Source of the DNA: an uncultured delta proteobacterium
GTDB taxonomy: Bacteria > Desulfobacterota > Binatia > UBA9968
Reading direction: 5' to 3'
Assembly (NCBI GenBank): GCA_963771465.1
Contig: CAVYTU010000014.1
Location: forward strand, 128,001-192,000
Length of the DNA: 64,000 nucleotides
In this document: piece after piece, positions 9,918-19,178 of the stretch
Position numbering within the stretch: position 1 is the first letter of the stretch
Layout: every line of letters begins with the position of its first letter
Notes under the pieces: model-generated
Database searches by the model: none
Told to the model about the DNA's origin: nothing
Seen by the model: the letters and a program-made list of their open reading frames with translations, nothing else
Position numbers and translations under genes: made by a program

Positions 9918-11033
9918 ATGATATCAGAAACGCACGGACAGCGGTCGCGATTATTACTTTTATTTATCCTCTTACTTCTTGCGCCAACGTTGTTTGGCGA
10001 CGCTTTAGCTGCAACTCTGCCGGCCAATCTGGCTAATGATCCAGTCACCAAAGCTCTTGGGGCCGAAGTCATGAGTGCCGCAATAAAAGAAGGACGCGTG
10101 GTTTGGTATGCGGGCGACAATACCGGAGAATTTTTCCAAGCCGGCGGCAAAGAGGCTTTTGAAAAACGCTTCGGGATCAAAATGGAACCTGTGACTGGCC
10201 GCCTGCGCGAGCAGACCGACCGCCTGCGCGCGGAACATGCCGCCCGTAGAATAACCGCCGACCTATTTGACGGCGTTGACCAGTATCATATGGAGCTTTA
10301 CCGCGCCGGTGTGCTCGAAAAGTATACTCCCCCGGCGCCGACCCTCGCCGCTTACGACAAAACGGTTTTTACCAAGGACCCGGTCGGTTTCTGGACGCCG
10401 CTTTTTATCAGCGCTCAAGCGTTGATCGTCAATACCAACATGCTCAAGAAAGAGGAATATCCGAAATCCTATCAAGATATTCTTAATCCCAAATGGAAGG
10501 GACGTGTCGCCACGCGCGACCCCCGCAGCGCGGGGGGAGGTGGCTGGCAGTTCCTGCAGATGTACGACAACCCCAAGCTGGGCATTGAATACATTCGCAA
10601 GCTCAAGGAGATCGTCGACCCATTCATCGTTCCCGGTGGCAGTCGGGATATGCGCGACGCAGTTTTGACCGGACGCTTTCCGCTCGGCTTCAGTGGCCGG
10701 CCTGAATTTCTTACCGACGTGCCCAAAGGCTCCCCACTGGCCTACCTCGTGCCCAAGGAGGGAGTTACCTGGCTACCGCACTCCACGGCGTTGATAAAGA
10801 ACGCGCCGCATACTAATGCGGCCAAAGTCGCGCTGACCTGGTTTTATGAGATTCCCAACCTTCAGCTTTTGGCTAAGGAAGGCGGGCGCATGATCCCGCA
10901 TCCAAAAATCAAGATGCCCATTCCCGAAATGGAACTGTCAAACAACATCATGATGGAAGGTATTCCGTCGGAACATTTGGCCGATCCGGGCTTCTTTTTC
11001 AAAGAAATGGAGAAAGTCTTCGGAAGACGCTGA
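9918..11033 (+). CDS. ABC transporter substrate-binding protein (Fe3+/thiamine-type cluster)
   Basis: Signal peptide; KEGRVVWY, PKSYQDILNPKWKG and APHTNAAK motifs. Confidence 0.85.
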   Translation: MISETHGQRSRLLLLFILLLLAPTLFGDALAATLPANLANDPVTKALGAEVMSAAIKEGRVVWYAGDNTGEFFQAGGKEAFEKRFGIKMEPVTGRLREQTDRLRAEHAARRITADLFDGVDQYHMELYRAGVLEKYTPPAPTLAAYDKTVFTKDPVGFWTPLFISAQALIVNTNMLKKEEYPKSYQDILNPKWKGRVATRDPRSAGGGGWQFLQMYDNPKLGIEYIRKLKEIVDPFIVPGGSRDMRDAVLTGRFPLGFSGRPEFLTDVPKGSPLAYLVPKEGVTWLPHSTALIKNAPHTNAAKVALTWFYEIPNLQLLAKEGGRMIPHPKIKMPIPEMELSNNIMMEGIPSEHLADPGFFFKEMEKVFGRR

Positions 11034-11047
11034 TCGCTCGCAGGAAA

Positions 11048-11142
11048 ATGGAACGAATGATGGAGTGGTGGAATTTTGGATTGACATCATAGCGGTTTAT
11101 CCGACACTGCCAGCTTCTATGCTTCCATCATTCCATTTTTCA
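11048..11142. repeat. Intergenic imperfect palindrome built from 8-nt units
   Basis: AATGATGG-AGTGGTGG-AATTTTGG arm and complementary CCATCATT-CCATTTTT arm. Confidence 0.5.
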
Positions 11143-11201
11143 GTGATTTCATCCCGTCACTTTTTAGTACTTTCCTGACGGTGTTGATTTCTTAACCGTC
11201 A

Positions 11202-12908
11202 ATGCTCTCCAAGTTAACTCTCGCTCTGCGCTCCTATTCGCAGGTCACTATTTTTTACTATCTCCTGTTTTTTGTCCTGATCTTCCTTGTCCTGTACCCA
11301 ATTTTGATGCTGCTCACCGCGAGCTTTTTCACCGGCCAACCGGGGGCATGGGGGCAATTTACCTTGGCGGGCTACCGAGAACTTTATGAAACAGAGGGAA
11401 TTGCGGAAATATTTTTTAACAGTTTGATTTACGCTTCGGCGCGCACAGGCATCAGTCTCCTATTGGCTTTGATCTTCGCGTGGGCGGTTGCCCGCAGCCA
11501 AATTCCCTATCGGGGTCTCATGGAGGTTTTGCTCCCGATACCCTTTTTTATACCTGACCTGCTTACAGCAATTTCATGGGTCATGATCGCCAACCCGCAA
11601 AATGGTCTCATCAATCAGTTTTTTTTCTCGTATTTTGGCGTGCGCGAACCCGTGGTGAACATTTACGGGTGGGGCGGGCTCATTTTTCACTCCGTTTTAA
11701 GCACGACGGCTTTTCTTTACCTGCTGCTGGTTGGATTTTTCTACAATATGGACCCGTCCTACGAGGAAGCCTCGACGGCCTGCGGCGCTAGTCAATTCTT
11801 AACCACCTTCAAGATCACGCTGCCGATGCTTTTGCCAGCCATACTGGGCGTTTCGATTCTTTCATTCATTCGCGGGCTAGAATCTTTTGAAGATCCCTAC
11901 CTCTTTGGCACGCCGGGCGGCGTTTACGTATTCGCCAATGAAATTTACCGCGTCCTGAGGCACCGCCATCCGCCCCAGTACAACGCCGCCACCGGGCTCG
12001 CCGTTATCCTCATGATCGTCACCTTCATTTTGGTCGCAACGCAGTGGAAGATCTTGGGCAACCGGCAATTCACGACGATCAGCGCCAAAGGTTACCAGCC
12101 ACGGCGCATCAAACCTCATCCATTAATCGGCTGGTCCATTTTTGCTTTATTCATTGTTTATTTCACACTGGCGATTCTCATTCCCTTGACACAAATCTTC
12201 GTTAGTTCGTTCTTCAAGGTGTTCGGTCTCTACAACCCGGAGCACTTCACCTTCGACAATTGGCTTAAGGTGCTCCGTGATCCACGCACCATGGGAGGCT
12301 TGCGCAATACGATTATCTTTTCCACCCTCGCCGCCGCCGGGGTGATCACTCTCGGCGGCTTTATCGGTTACATTCGGATTCGAACAAAACACTGGCTCGG
12401 ACCGACGATGGAACTCACGGCCTGGTTGCCCTGGACTCTACCTGGCATCGTGTTGGGATTGGCTCTGCTATGGGCCTGGATATCCCTGCCCCAACCCTTC
12501 AATCTCTACGGGACTTCAGCAATTGTCATCCTCGGCTTTATCGTCAACGGGCTTCCCCTGGGAACTCGCACCATGCAATCCGCGATCATGCAGGTAAGCA
12601 AGGACTTGGAGGAATGTTCCATGGTCCACGGCGCGTCTTGGCTCCAGACCATGGCGTACATCGTGTTGCCGTTGTTACGCATCGGAATTGCTGGTGCCTT
12701 CGTGATTGTCTTTGCGCTATCCGCGCGCAGCCTGACGATTCCACTGCTCCTATACTCTTACGGGACGGAGACTTTGACGATATCTCTGCTCTATTACTAT
12801 GAAGAAGGCTATCGCAATATTACGGCTGTCATTGCCGTGATCCAACTTGCACTGGTGATGGGACTGCTACTGCTTGAGAAGTTGACAAGGCCGCGCAGCA
12901 CAGATTGA
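11202..12908 (+). CDS. ABC transporter permease, FbpB/ThiP-like fused double domain
   Basis: Multiple TM helices; two EAA-type loops (YEEASTACGA, LEECSMVHGA). Confidence 0.9.
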   Translation: MLSKLTLALRSYSQVTIFYYLLFFVLIFLVLYPILMLLTASFFTGQPGAWGQFTLAGYRELYETEGIAEIFFNSLIYASARTGISLLLALIFAWAVARSQIPYRGLMEVLLPIPFFIPDLLTAISWVMIANPQNGLINQFFFSYFGVREPVVNIYGWGGLIFHSVLSTTAFLYLLLVGFFYNMDPSYEEASTACGASQFLTTFKITLPMLLPAILGVSILSFIRGLESFEDPYLFGTPGGVYVFANEIYRVLRHRHPPQYNAATGLAVILMIVTFILVATQWKILGNRQFTTISAKGYQPRRIKPHPLIGWSIFALFIVYFTLAILIPLTQIFVSSFFKVFGLYNPEHFTFDNWLKVLRDPRTMGGLRNTIIFSTLAAAGVITLGGFIGYIRIRTKHWLGPTMELTAWLPWTLPGIVLGLALLWAWISLPQPFNLYGTSAIVILGFIVNGLPLGTRTMQSAIMQVSKDLEECSMVHGASWLQTMAYIVLPLLRIGIAGAFVIVFALSARSLTIPLLLYSYGTETLTISLLYYYEEGYRNITAVIAVIQLALVMGLLLLEKLTRPRSTD

Positions 12909-13147
12909 CCTGGATACCGTTGTTAAACCGCCGGGCCTGCGTGAGCGAGAGCAGAACATCGTATGCCGCCTCCCGTGGTTAGAGTTTACTTTCAGAGGTA
13001 GACCGACAGCACCTCGCTAAACTGGATGAGGCAATATCCAACAGTCTGCAAAATAGGGCGTCTATTTGACCACCCCTTGACGATCACCCACCATTCGCTG
13101 TTAGATAAGGAAAATGACATCGCCAACGAGGAGGTTCGCGGGCAACA

Positions 13148-13549
13148 ATGGCTATCCCTGGTGAAAAAGCGATACAAATGGTGCGCAGCGCGCACGCTCA
13201 AGCGGCAAAGTTAGACATAGCGGTAACTGCTGTGGTGGTCGATCCAAGCGGGCGCATGATCGCCCTCGGGCGTATGGATAGGGCGCGGCCGATCACGGTG
13301 GAGATCGCCATGAACAAGGCTTACACGGCGGCAAGCTTTCAGCAGCCGACCAAAGATTTGGCCGGCGTGGCAAATCAAGCTTGGTTTCAAAGTCTGGTGG
13401 TATCGAGCAACGGCAAGGTCATGCCGGGCGGCGGCGCGGTGCCGATTAACGAAGGCGGTAACATTGTCGGCGCCATCGCGGTCTCGGGCGGCACTGACGA
13501 TCAGGATCAGCAATGCGCCGAGGTAGCGCTGGCAAACTATCAAGGGTAA
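13148..13549 (+). CDS. GlcG/HbpS family heme-binding protein
   Basis: AVVVDPSG, IAMNKAYTAA, GGGAVPI and GAIAVSGGTDDQD motifs. Confidence 0.9.
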   Translation: MAIPGEKAIQMVRSAHAQAAKLDIAVTAVVVDPSGRMIALGRMDRARPITVEIAMNKAYTAASFQQPTKDLAGVANQAWFQSLVVSSNGKVMPGGGAVPINEGGNIVGAIAVSGGTDDQDQQCAEVALANYQG

Positions 13550-13634
13550 GATAGACACAGAGAATAGAGACACCTCGCTTTCCCTTCTCGGTCTCTAGCT
13601 CGTGTCTCTACCTGATTTAACCGGAGGACCTAAA

Positions 13635-14951
13635 ATGTCAAAGGCTGAAAAGCTGGAGCCATCGCCTAAAAACAACGGCAGCGCCGAATTCCCCACTCCC
13701 TATCTCGGTCGCAGCGTGCGTATCGTCGACAAGTTCGTCAACGTCGATATGAATCAGTCGCCGCATCCGAAGAATCAGCGCGGCGAGTTGGGTAAGCCGC
13801 TCTTCAACTGGTACCACAACACGGTGTCGAAAGACCCGCTCACACGGGTTTCTGCGCCGAATCATTTCGCCGACCGGCGCCATTTTCTGAGCACGGTGGT
13901 CAACCAAGCGGCCAAAGGCAAAGTCAATCCAAAGAAAGTTCCAGTAAGCGATCCCGCCGCAATGGCGCGCCATATCAAAGCGGTGGCGCGCTACATGGGC
14001 GCCGACATCGTGCAGATCGCCAAATCCCATCCGACTTATCTTTACGCCGTCGGCGGCGGCCGCTATGTGCAGGACGGCACGGCCAAGGACGAGCACGGCG
14101 CTGCCACGCCGGAAGACTTGGCGCGCAAGTTTCCCTACATCATCATGTCGACCACGGCGTGGGACTACGACAAACTGCAAGCGCACCGCCACCTGATCGG
14201 CGACTCCGCGTATCATATCTCGCAGATCAAGGGCAACATGATTCTGAAAGCGCTCGAAGGTTACATCAAAGAACTCGGCTACACGGCGCTGCGCGGCGTG
14301 GCGGTGCCGCAAGCCGTGGGCATCGCCTCGGGAGTTGGCGAACTGGGACGCAACGGGCTGGTGATCAACAAAAAGTATGGCGCCCGCGTGCATATGCCCG
14401 ATCCGATCATGACCGACCTGCCACTCGTCGCCGACGAGCCGGTCGACATCGGCGTCGAGGATTTTTGTAAGATCTGCCGCAAGTGCGCCAACACCTGTCC
14501 GACCAATAGCATCCCCTTCGGCGATAAAGTCGTCCACAACGGCGTCGAGAAATACAAAATCAATTGGCTCACCTGCTATAAGCTTCGCCCTTACGTCCAC
14601 GACCAATGGGGCAGCTGCCTCACCTGCGCCGCGGTTTGTCCGTACACCAAGCCGCAGGCCTGGTGGCACAATCTCGCGACTTGGTCGTTGCACAGTTGTC
14701 CGTTCGCCCTGCGGCCGATTCTCGTCCGGTTTCTAAAATGGATCGACGACACGTTCTGGGGCGTGGTGCGTAATGGCCGCGTGCAGTGGCTCGGCTACGA
14801 CTCGGGCGTGAAACCCGGCGAGCATGCTTGCACGGTCTCCGGATGCACCGCGTCGCACGAAAAAGCTGGAACGACCGCCGTCACCGGCAACGTCGGCTAC
14901 TACGCGCCGCTCAAGGAGAATACCAACCGGTTCGTCAAGCGAGACGCATAG
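13635..14951 (+). CDS. Reductive dehalogenase-family cobamide/2x[4Fe-4S] protein, no TAT signal
   Basis: HIKAVARYMGADIV, GVGELGRNG, TDLPLVAD, FCKICRKCANTCP and C...GSCLTCAAVCPY motifs; SD GGAGG before ATG 13635. Confidence 0.88.
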   Translation: MSKAEKLEPSPKNNGSAEFPTPYLGRSVRIVDKFVNVDMNQSPHPKNQRGELGKPLFNWYHNTVSKDPLTRVSAPNHFADRRHFLSTVVNQAAKGKVNPKKVPVSDPAAMARHIKAVARYMGADIVQIAKSHPTYLYAVGGGRYVQDGTAKDEHGAATPEDLARKFPYIIMSTTAWDYDKLQAHRHLIGDSAYHISQIKGNMILKALEGYIKELGYTALRGVAVPQAVGIASGVGELGRNGLVINKKYGARVHMPDPIMTDLPLVADEPVDIGVEDFCKICRKCANTCPTNSIPFGDKVVHNGVEKYKINWLTCYKLRPYVHDQWGSCLTCAAVCPYTKPQAWWHNLATWSLHSCPFALRPILVRFLKWIDDTFWGVVRNGRVQWLGYDSGVKPGEHACTVSGCTASHEKAGTTAVTGNVGYYAPLKENTNRFVKRDA

Positions 14952-15520
14952 TGGCGTTTAAAATTCCCTGGTCGGGCAAAGATTCGCACCGCGACGATCC
15001 CTACTGGGATTTTTTCATTAACACGGCGCCGGCCGATCTCACCAACACGGTGACCGAGCTGATACGCAAGGCGCCGGCGGGAAATATTTTTCCAACCAAG
15101 GCAGAGCTGCACTCGCCGGAGATCACATCGAGCCACGTCAAGGGCATGGCGCAATACTTCGGCACGGAGTTGATCGGCATCACCAAGCTTGATGCCAACG
15201 ACACTGGCAATACTGACAATCTTCCATTTGCTGTCATCTGCGCCGTCCATGCCGATTACGATCCGCGCCGCTCGCCCGGTATCGGCGGACAAATGCCGGT
15301 GCAAAACGGCTTGTTCATCACCTTCGTCCTGAGTGCCTGGATTAGAGAACTCGGCTATCGCGCCATCGTCGTCCGCGACGCCGACACCGACGCGCTCGCG
15401 GCACGAGCCGGATTAGGGACCTTGAATGGCCAAGGCCGACTGGTGACCCGCGAATTCGCCGCCGACGTCTACGTCGCCGACGCCATTTATACCGACTTGC
15501 CGCTCGCCGCGGACGGCTAG
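14951..15520 (+). CDS. Short reductive-dehalogenase-fold paralogue lacking the Fe-S domain (~189 aa)
   Basis: GTG start overlaps the upstream TAG by one base. HVKGMAQYFGTELIG, WIRELGYRA, AGLGTLNGQG and YTDLPLAADG* mirror the upstream protein, and it ends where the ferredoxin domain would begin. Confidence 0.8.
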   Translation: MAFKIPWSGKDSHRDDPYWDFFINTAPADLTNTVTELIRKAPAGNIFPTKAELHSPEITSSHVKGMAQYFGTELIGITKLDANDTGNTDNLPFAVICAVHADYDPRRSPGIGGQMPVQNGLFITFVLSAWIRELGYRAIVVRDADTDALAARAGLGTLNGQGRLVTREFAADVYVADAIYTDLPLAADG

Positions 15521-15675
15521 GCCCGGCCATTGCAGATTCGATATTTCAGATTCCAAATTCCAGAAATCGATCGTCGACTTTTCACGTGATCGAACATCGC
15601 GCGAAATTCGAGCGGCCGTGCGTTCTCGCCTGAACCCGCGTTGAATCTGCATTTGGCTCGTGTACATTGTTCCAA

Positions 15676-17079
15676 ATGCGCCGCACCAAAATCGTCTGCA
15701 CCATCGGTCCCGCCAGTTCGTCGGATAGAATGCTCGAACGCTTGATCCGCGCCGGCATGAACGTCGCGCGGCTAAACTTCAGTCACGGCGATTATGCGTC
15801 GCACCGCCGAGTGATTCGCAAGCTGCGCCAGCTCGAGCGCAAACTCCACAAGCCGGTGGCGATTCTTCAAGACCTGCCCGGCCCGAAAATTCGCATCGGC
15901 GCGATCGCCGGCGACCGCGTGCGTTTGCAAACGCGCCATCTTTACACCCTCACCAGCAGAAAAATTCTTGGCACGGAGCTGGCCGTTTCGGTAAACTTTC
16001 CGGGCCTGACCCGCGCTGTGAAAAAAGGCGATCCGATTCTGCTCGGCGACGGTGAGATCGAGCTCGAAGCACTGCAAGTCAGCAAGGATGAGGTCAAATG
16101 CCGCATCATCGTCGGCGGCATCTTGGGCTCGCACAAGGGCATTCATTTTCCGCGTAGCAGTTTGAATATTCGCGCCCTCACCCGTGACGACAAGAAAGAC
16201 CTGGCCTTCGGCATCGCCAACAAAGTCGACATGATCGCGCTGTCCTTCGTGCGCAACAGCCAGGACATTCTGTACGCCCGGCGCGAGATGCATCAGCGCG
16301 GCGCTAATATCCCGTTGATCGCCAAGATCGAAAAGCACGAAGCGTTGGACGAGCTCGAAGGCATTCTCGAAAACGTCGACGGCATCATGGTCGCGCGCGG
16401 TGACTTGGGATTGGAAATCGCCCAGCAGCGCATCCCCGCCATGCAAAAAATGATGATCCGCCAAGCCAATCACCTCGGCAAACCGGTGATCACCGCGACC
16501 CAGATGCTGCGCTCGATGGTATGGAATCCGCGGCCGACGCGCGCCGAAGTCGCGGACATTGCCAATGCGATCCTAGACGGCACCGATGCGCTGATGTTGT
16601 CCGAGGAAACCGCCGCCGGCGAATATCCCCTGGAAGCGGTCAAGATCATGGCGCAAGTGGCCGAGGAAACCGAAATATTGCTCGAACCGCGCGAGCGCTT
16701 CGCTGGCCTGGCTAAGACCGTGCCCGAGGCGATCAGCGTGAGCGCGATCTCACTGGCCCGCGATCTGCAAGTCAAAGCGTTTCTGATACCGACCACTTCA
16801 GGCAGTACGGCGCGGCTGATCGCGCGTTATCGGCCGCGCCAACCGATCATCGCCGTCAGTCCCGATCCTCAGACGGTAAAAATGCTTTGCTTGGTTTGGG
16901 GCGTTTATCCGCAACCGACGCGCGGCTTTAAGAACACCGACGAGATGATCCGCGTGCTCCAGCAAAAGGCGCTCGAATCCGGCATCGTCAAACGCGGCGA
17001 CCTAGTCGCCATCACCGCAGGCCTGCCGCTGCACCAATCCGGCACCACCAATATGATCACTGCTAAAGTGATTGAGTAA
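15676..17079 (+). CDS. pyk: Pyruvate kinase
   Basis: RRTKIVCTIGPAS, ARLNFSHG, IAKIEK, MVARGDLG, TATQML and PTRAEVAD motifs. Confidence 0.97.
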   Translation: MRRTKIVCTIGPASSSDRMLERLIRAGMNVARLNFSHGDYASHRRVIRKLRQLERKLHKPVAILQDLPGPKIRIGAIAGDRVRLQTRHLYTLTSRKILGTELAVSVNFPGLTRAVKKGDPILLGDGEIELEALQVSKDEVKCRIIVGGILGSHKGIHFPRSSLNIRALTRDDKKDLAFGIANKVDMIALSFVRNSQDILYARREMHQRGANIPLIAKIEKHEALDELEGILENVDGIMVARGDLGLEIAQQRIPAMQKMMIRQANHLGKPVITATQMLRSMVWNPRPTRAEVADIANAILDGTDALMLSEETAAGEYPLEAVKIMAQVAEETEILLEPRERFAGLAKTVPEAISVSAISLARDLQVKAFLIPTTSGSTARLIARYRPRQPIIAVSPDPQTVKMLCLVWGVYPQPTRGFKNTDEMIRVLQQKALESGIVKRGDLVAITAGLPLHQSGTTNMITAKVIE

Positions 17080-17249
17080 CAATTCATAATCACAAAGCGT
17101 AGCCTTAGTCAGGAGACTATCCATAGAGTCGCGGAACGATCCCTATCCGTACGACGTCCTTAACGTCAGCGAGGCGCTGCCTGCTTCCGCCTTGCATCAC
17201 TAGCTCACTTTGGGCTAGATAAGGCCACGTATACCGTCGGAGGTGTTCC

Positions 17250-18263
17250 ATGTCCGAAGCGCTCAAAGCGTTCGAAGAAGAACTCCAAGCAAAAAGTTTC
17301 AAAGGCTATTGGCAGAACCAGCAGGGCGATTTCAAGCGCGAACCGGTAGCGTCGTTCGATTCCTGTATGTGGAAAGGGAAAGATCTTTTCGCCGCCATGG
17401 AAAAGGCAGGCGACGTGGTCGGCCTCGACGTGTCGTTTCGCCGCGTCATTCAGATGTGGAATCCAGCGCTCAAAAACGGCACCACGCGGACCCTCGTGCT
17501 CAATCTCCAGATGCTCAAGCCCGGCGAAGACGCGCTGTCACACCGCCACATGGCCGGTGCGATTCGTTTCATCTTGAAAGGCCACGGCACGCGCTTGATC
17601 GTCGAGGGCGAGTCGTTTGAGATTGGCGAAGGCGATTTCGTCACCACGCCCAGTTGGACGTGGCATGATCACGAAAACCGCGGCGAGACGATGATGTGGC
17701 TCGACGGCCTGGACGCGCCGCTGGTGCGTTTGCTCGAAACCGATTTTCACGAGCCCGACCCGCGCCGCAAGCAAACCGTGACGAAGCCCGAAGGCTACAC
17801 GCTGGCCACGGTCGGCGCGCTGCGTCCGGCGTGGCTGAAGCAAGACTCAGTTCAACCGCCGGCATTTTGTTACAAGTGGGCGGACACGGAGCGAGCGCTG
17901 AGCAAAGTCGGCGAGCAGCCCGGCGATCCCTATGACGGCATCGTGCTCGATTATGCCAATCCGTTGACCGGCGGACCGACCTTGCCGACGATGGCCTGTC
18001 AGATTCACATGCTGCGCGGCGGTGAAAAAACCAAGAGCCACCGCCACACGGCTTCGGTCATTTACCATGTCTGGCGCGGCAGCGGTGTGAGCTACGTCGG
18101 CGACAAGCGCTTCGAATGGGAACAAGGCGACTCCTTCGTCGTGCCGCTATGGCAGAATCATCGCCATGAGAATACGTCCAAAGATCCCGCGATCTTTTTC
18201 GTCATGTCCGACAAACCGTTGATGGACGCCATCGGCCACTACCGCGAAGAAGCCGCGGCGTAA
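17250..18263 (+). CDS. Gentisate 1,2-dioxygenase-like bicupin ring-cleavage enzyme
   Basis: HRHMAGAIRF...TPSWTWHDH, WLDGLDAPL, YANPLTGGPTLPTM and HRHTAS motifs. Confidence 0.88.
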   Translation: MSEALKAFEEELQAKSFKGYWQNQQGDFKREPVASFDSCMWKGKDLFAAMEKAGDVVGLDVSFRRVIQMWNPALKNGTTRTLVLNLQMLKPGEDALSHRHMAGAIRFILKGHGTRLIVEGESFEIGEGDFVTTPSWTWHDHENRGETMMWLDGLDAPLVRLLETDFHEPDPRRKQTVTKPEGYTLATVGALRPAWLKQDSVQPPAFCYKWADTERALSKVGEQPGDPYDGIVLDYANPLTGGPTLPTMACQIHMLRGGEKTKSHRHTASVIYHVWRGSGVSYVGDKRFEWEQGDSFVVPLWQNHRHENTSKDPAIFFVMSDKPLMDAIGHYREEAAA

Positions 18264-18311
18264 CGCCGTTTCGCAATACTCGTAAGGCCACGGCGAAGAG
18301 GAATTCCGTTC

Positions 18312-19085
18312 ATGTTCACGCTCTCGCAAAAATTAAATCCCGATGAATTCATCAAGACCTTCTTCGAAGCCAACCGGCAGGATCATCAGCGGCCGGCCCA
18401 TCCGTGGGACGAGATTTTTCGTAACGGCAAGTGCAGCCGAGAGCAGCTGCAAGGTTGGGGCAAGGAACGCTACTACTTCACCAAGCAGGTGCCGATCAAA
18501 GAGTACTCGATACTCTATAATTGCCCGCACACCGACGTGCGCCGCAGGTGGCTGCCCAAAGCGATCGAGGAGGAGGGCGAAGATTTGATCGGCAAGTCGG
18601 GCAAACCCCATCCCGAATACTGGCTCGATGTCTGCGTCGGCATGGGCATGGAGCGCGACTTCGTCAAGCATTCAGAACCGCTCTACGGCGTCAAATTTGC
18701 CGTCGACAGTTTCGCCAACGCGGCATTCAAAACCTCTTGGCTGCTCGGCGTCGCCGTTTCCGAAGGCGACGATACGGCGAAAGCGATGTCCCGCGACTTG
18801 GATATTTTCCGCAAGCACTATCCATGGGTGCCCGACGACGCCTTAACTTTCTACAAACTGCACGCCGATGTTGACGTGGAGCATGGCCTGATCCGCAAAG
18901 AGATTTTGCAAAAATACGCCGATACCAAAGAACTGCAAGAAGCCTGCATCAACGCCCAGCTGATGAAAAATAATATGCGCCGGGTGATGGCCGACTGCAT
19001 CTACATGACCTACGTGGTGCAAGGCATGAAGGTGAACGAGAACGGCGCCGCCAGCGTCGGTGAAAGCGTAGTTCCGATCAATTGA
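18312..19085 (+). CDS. Heme-oxygenase-like diiron oxidase (PqqC/TenA/CADD-like)
   Basis: HPW..IF..G...REQLQGW...RYY, IEEEG...HPEYW, SEG and HADVDVEH diiron-type ligands. Confidence 0.82.
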   Translation: MFTLSQKLNPDEFIKTFFEANRQDHQRPAHPWDEIFRNGKCSREQLQGWGKERYYFTKQVPIKEYSILYNCPHTDVRRRWLPKAIEEEGEDLIGKSGKPHPEYWLDVCVGMGMERDFVKHSEPLYGVKFAVDSFANAAFKTSWLLGVAVSEGDDTAKAMSRDLDIFRKHYPWVPDDALTFYKLHADVDVEHGLIRKEILQKYADTKELQEACINAQLMKNNMRRVMADCIYMTYVVQGMKVNENGAASVGESVVPIN

Positions 19086-19178
19086 TAGACTCGCCGACTC
19101 TATCATCCTAAGCGCGAGCGAAGGATCGCTTGATCGAAAGCGGACCTTTTCAACGAATCGCATCGAACCAACATTCCG

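Noticed and set aside
12910-13147. Possible cobalamin riboswitch upstream of the GlcG/RdhA-like genes
   Set aside because: No B12-box or GGGAA/GCCACTG core is recognisable.
14786-14950. N-terminal extension of ORF 14786..15520
   Set aside because: It overlaps the RdhA-like gene and is Arg-rich shadow sequence; GTG 14951 is the coupled start.
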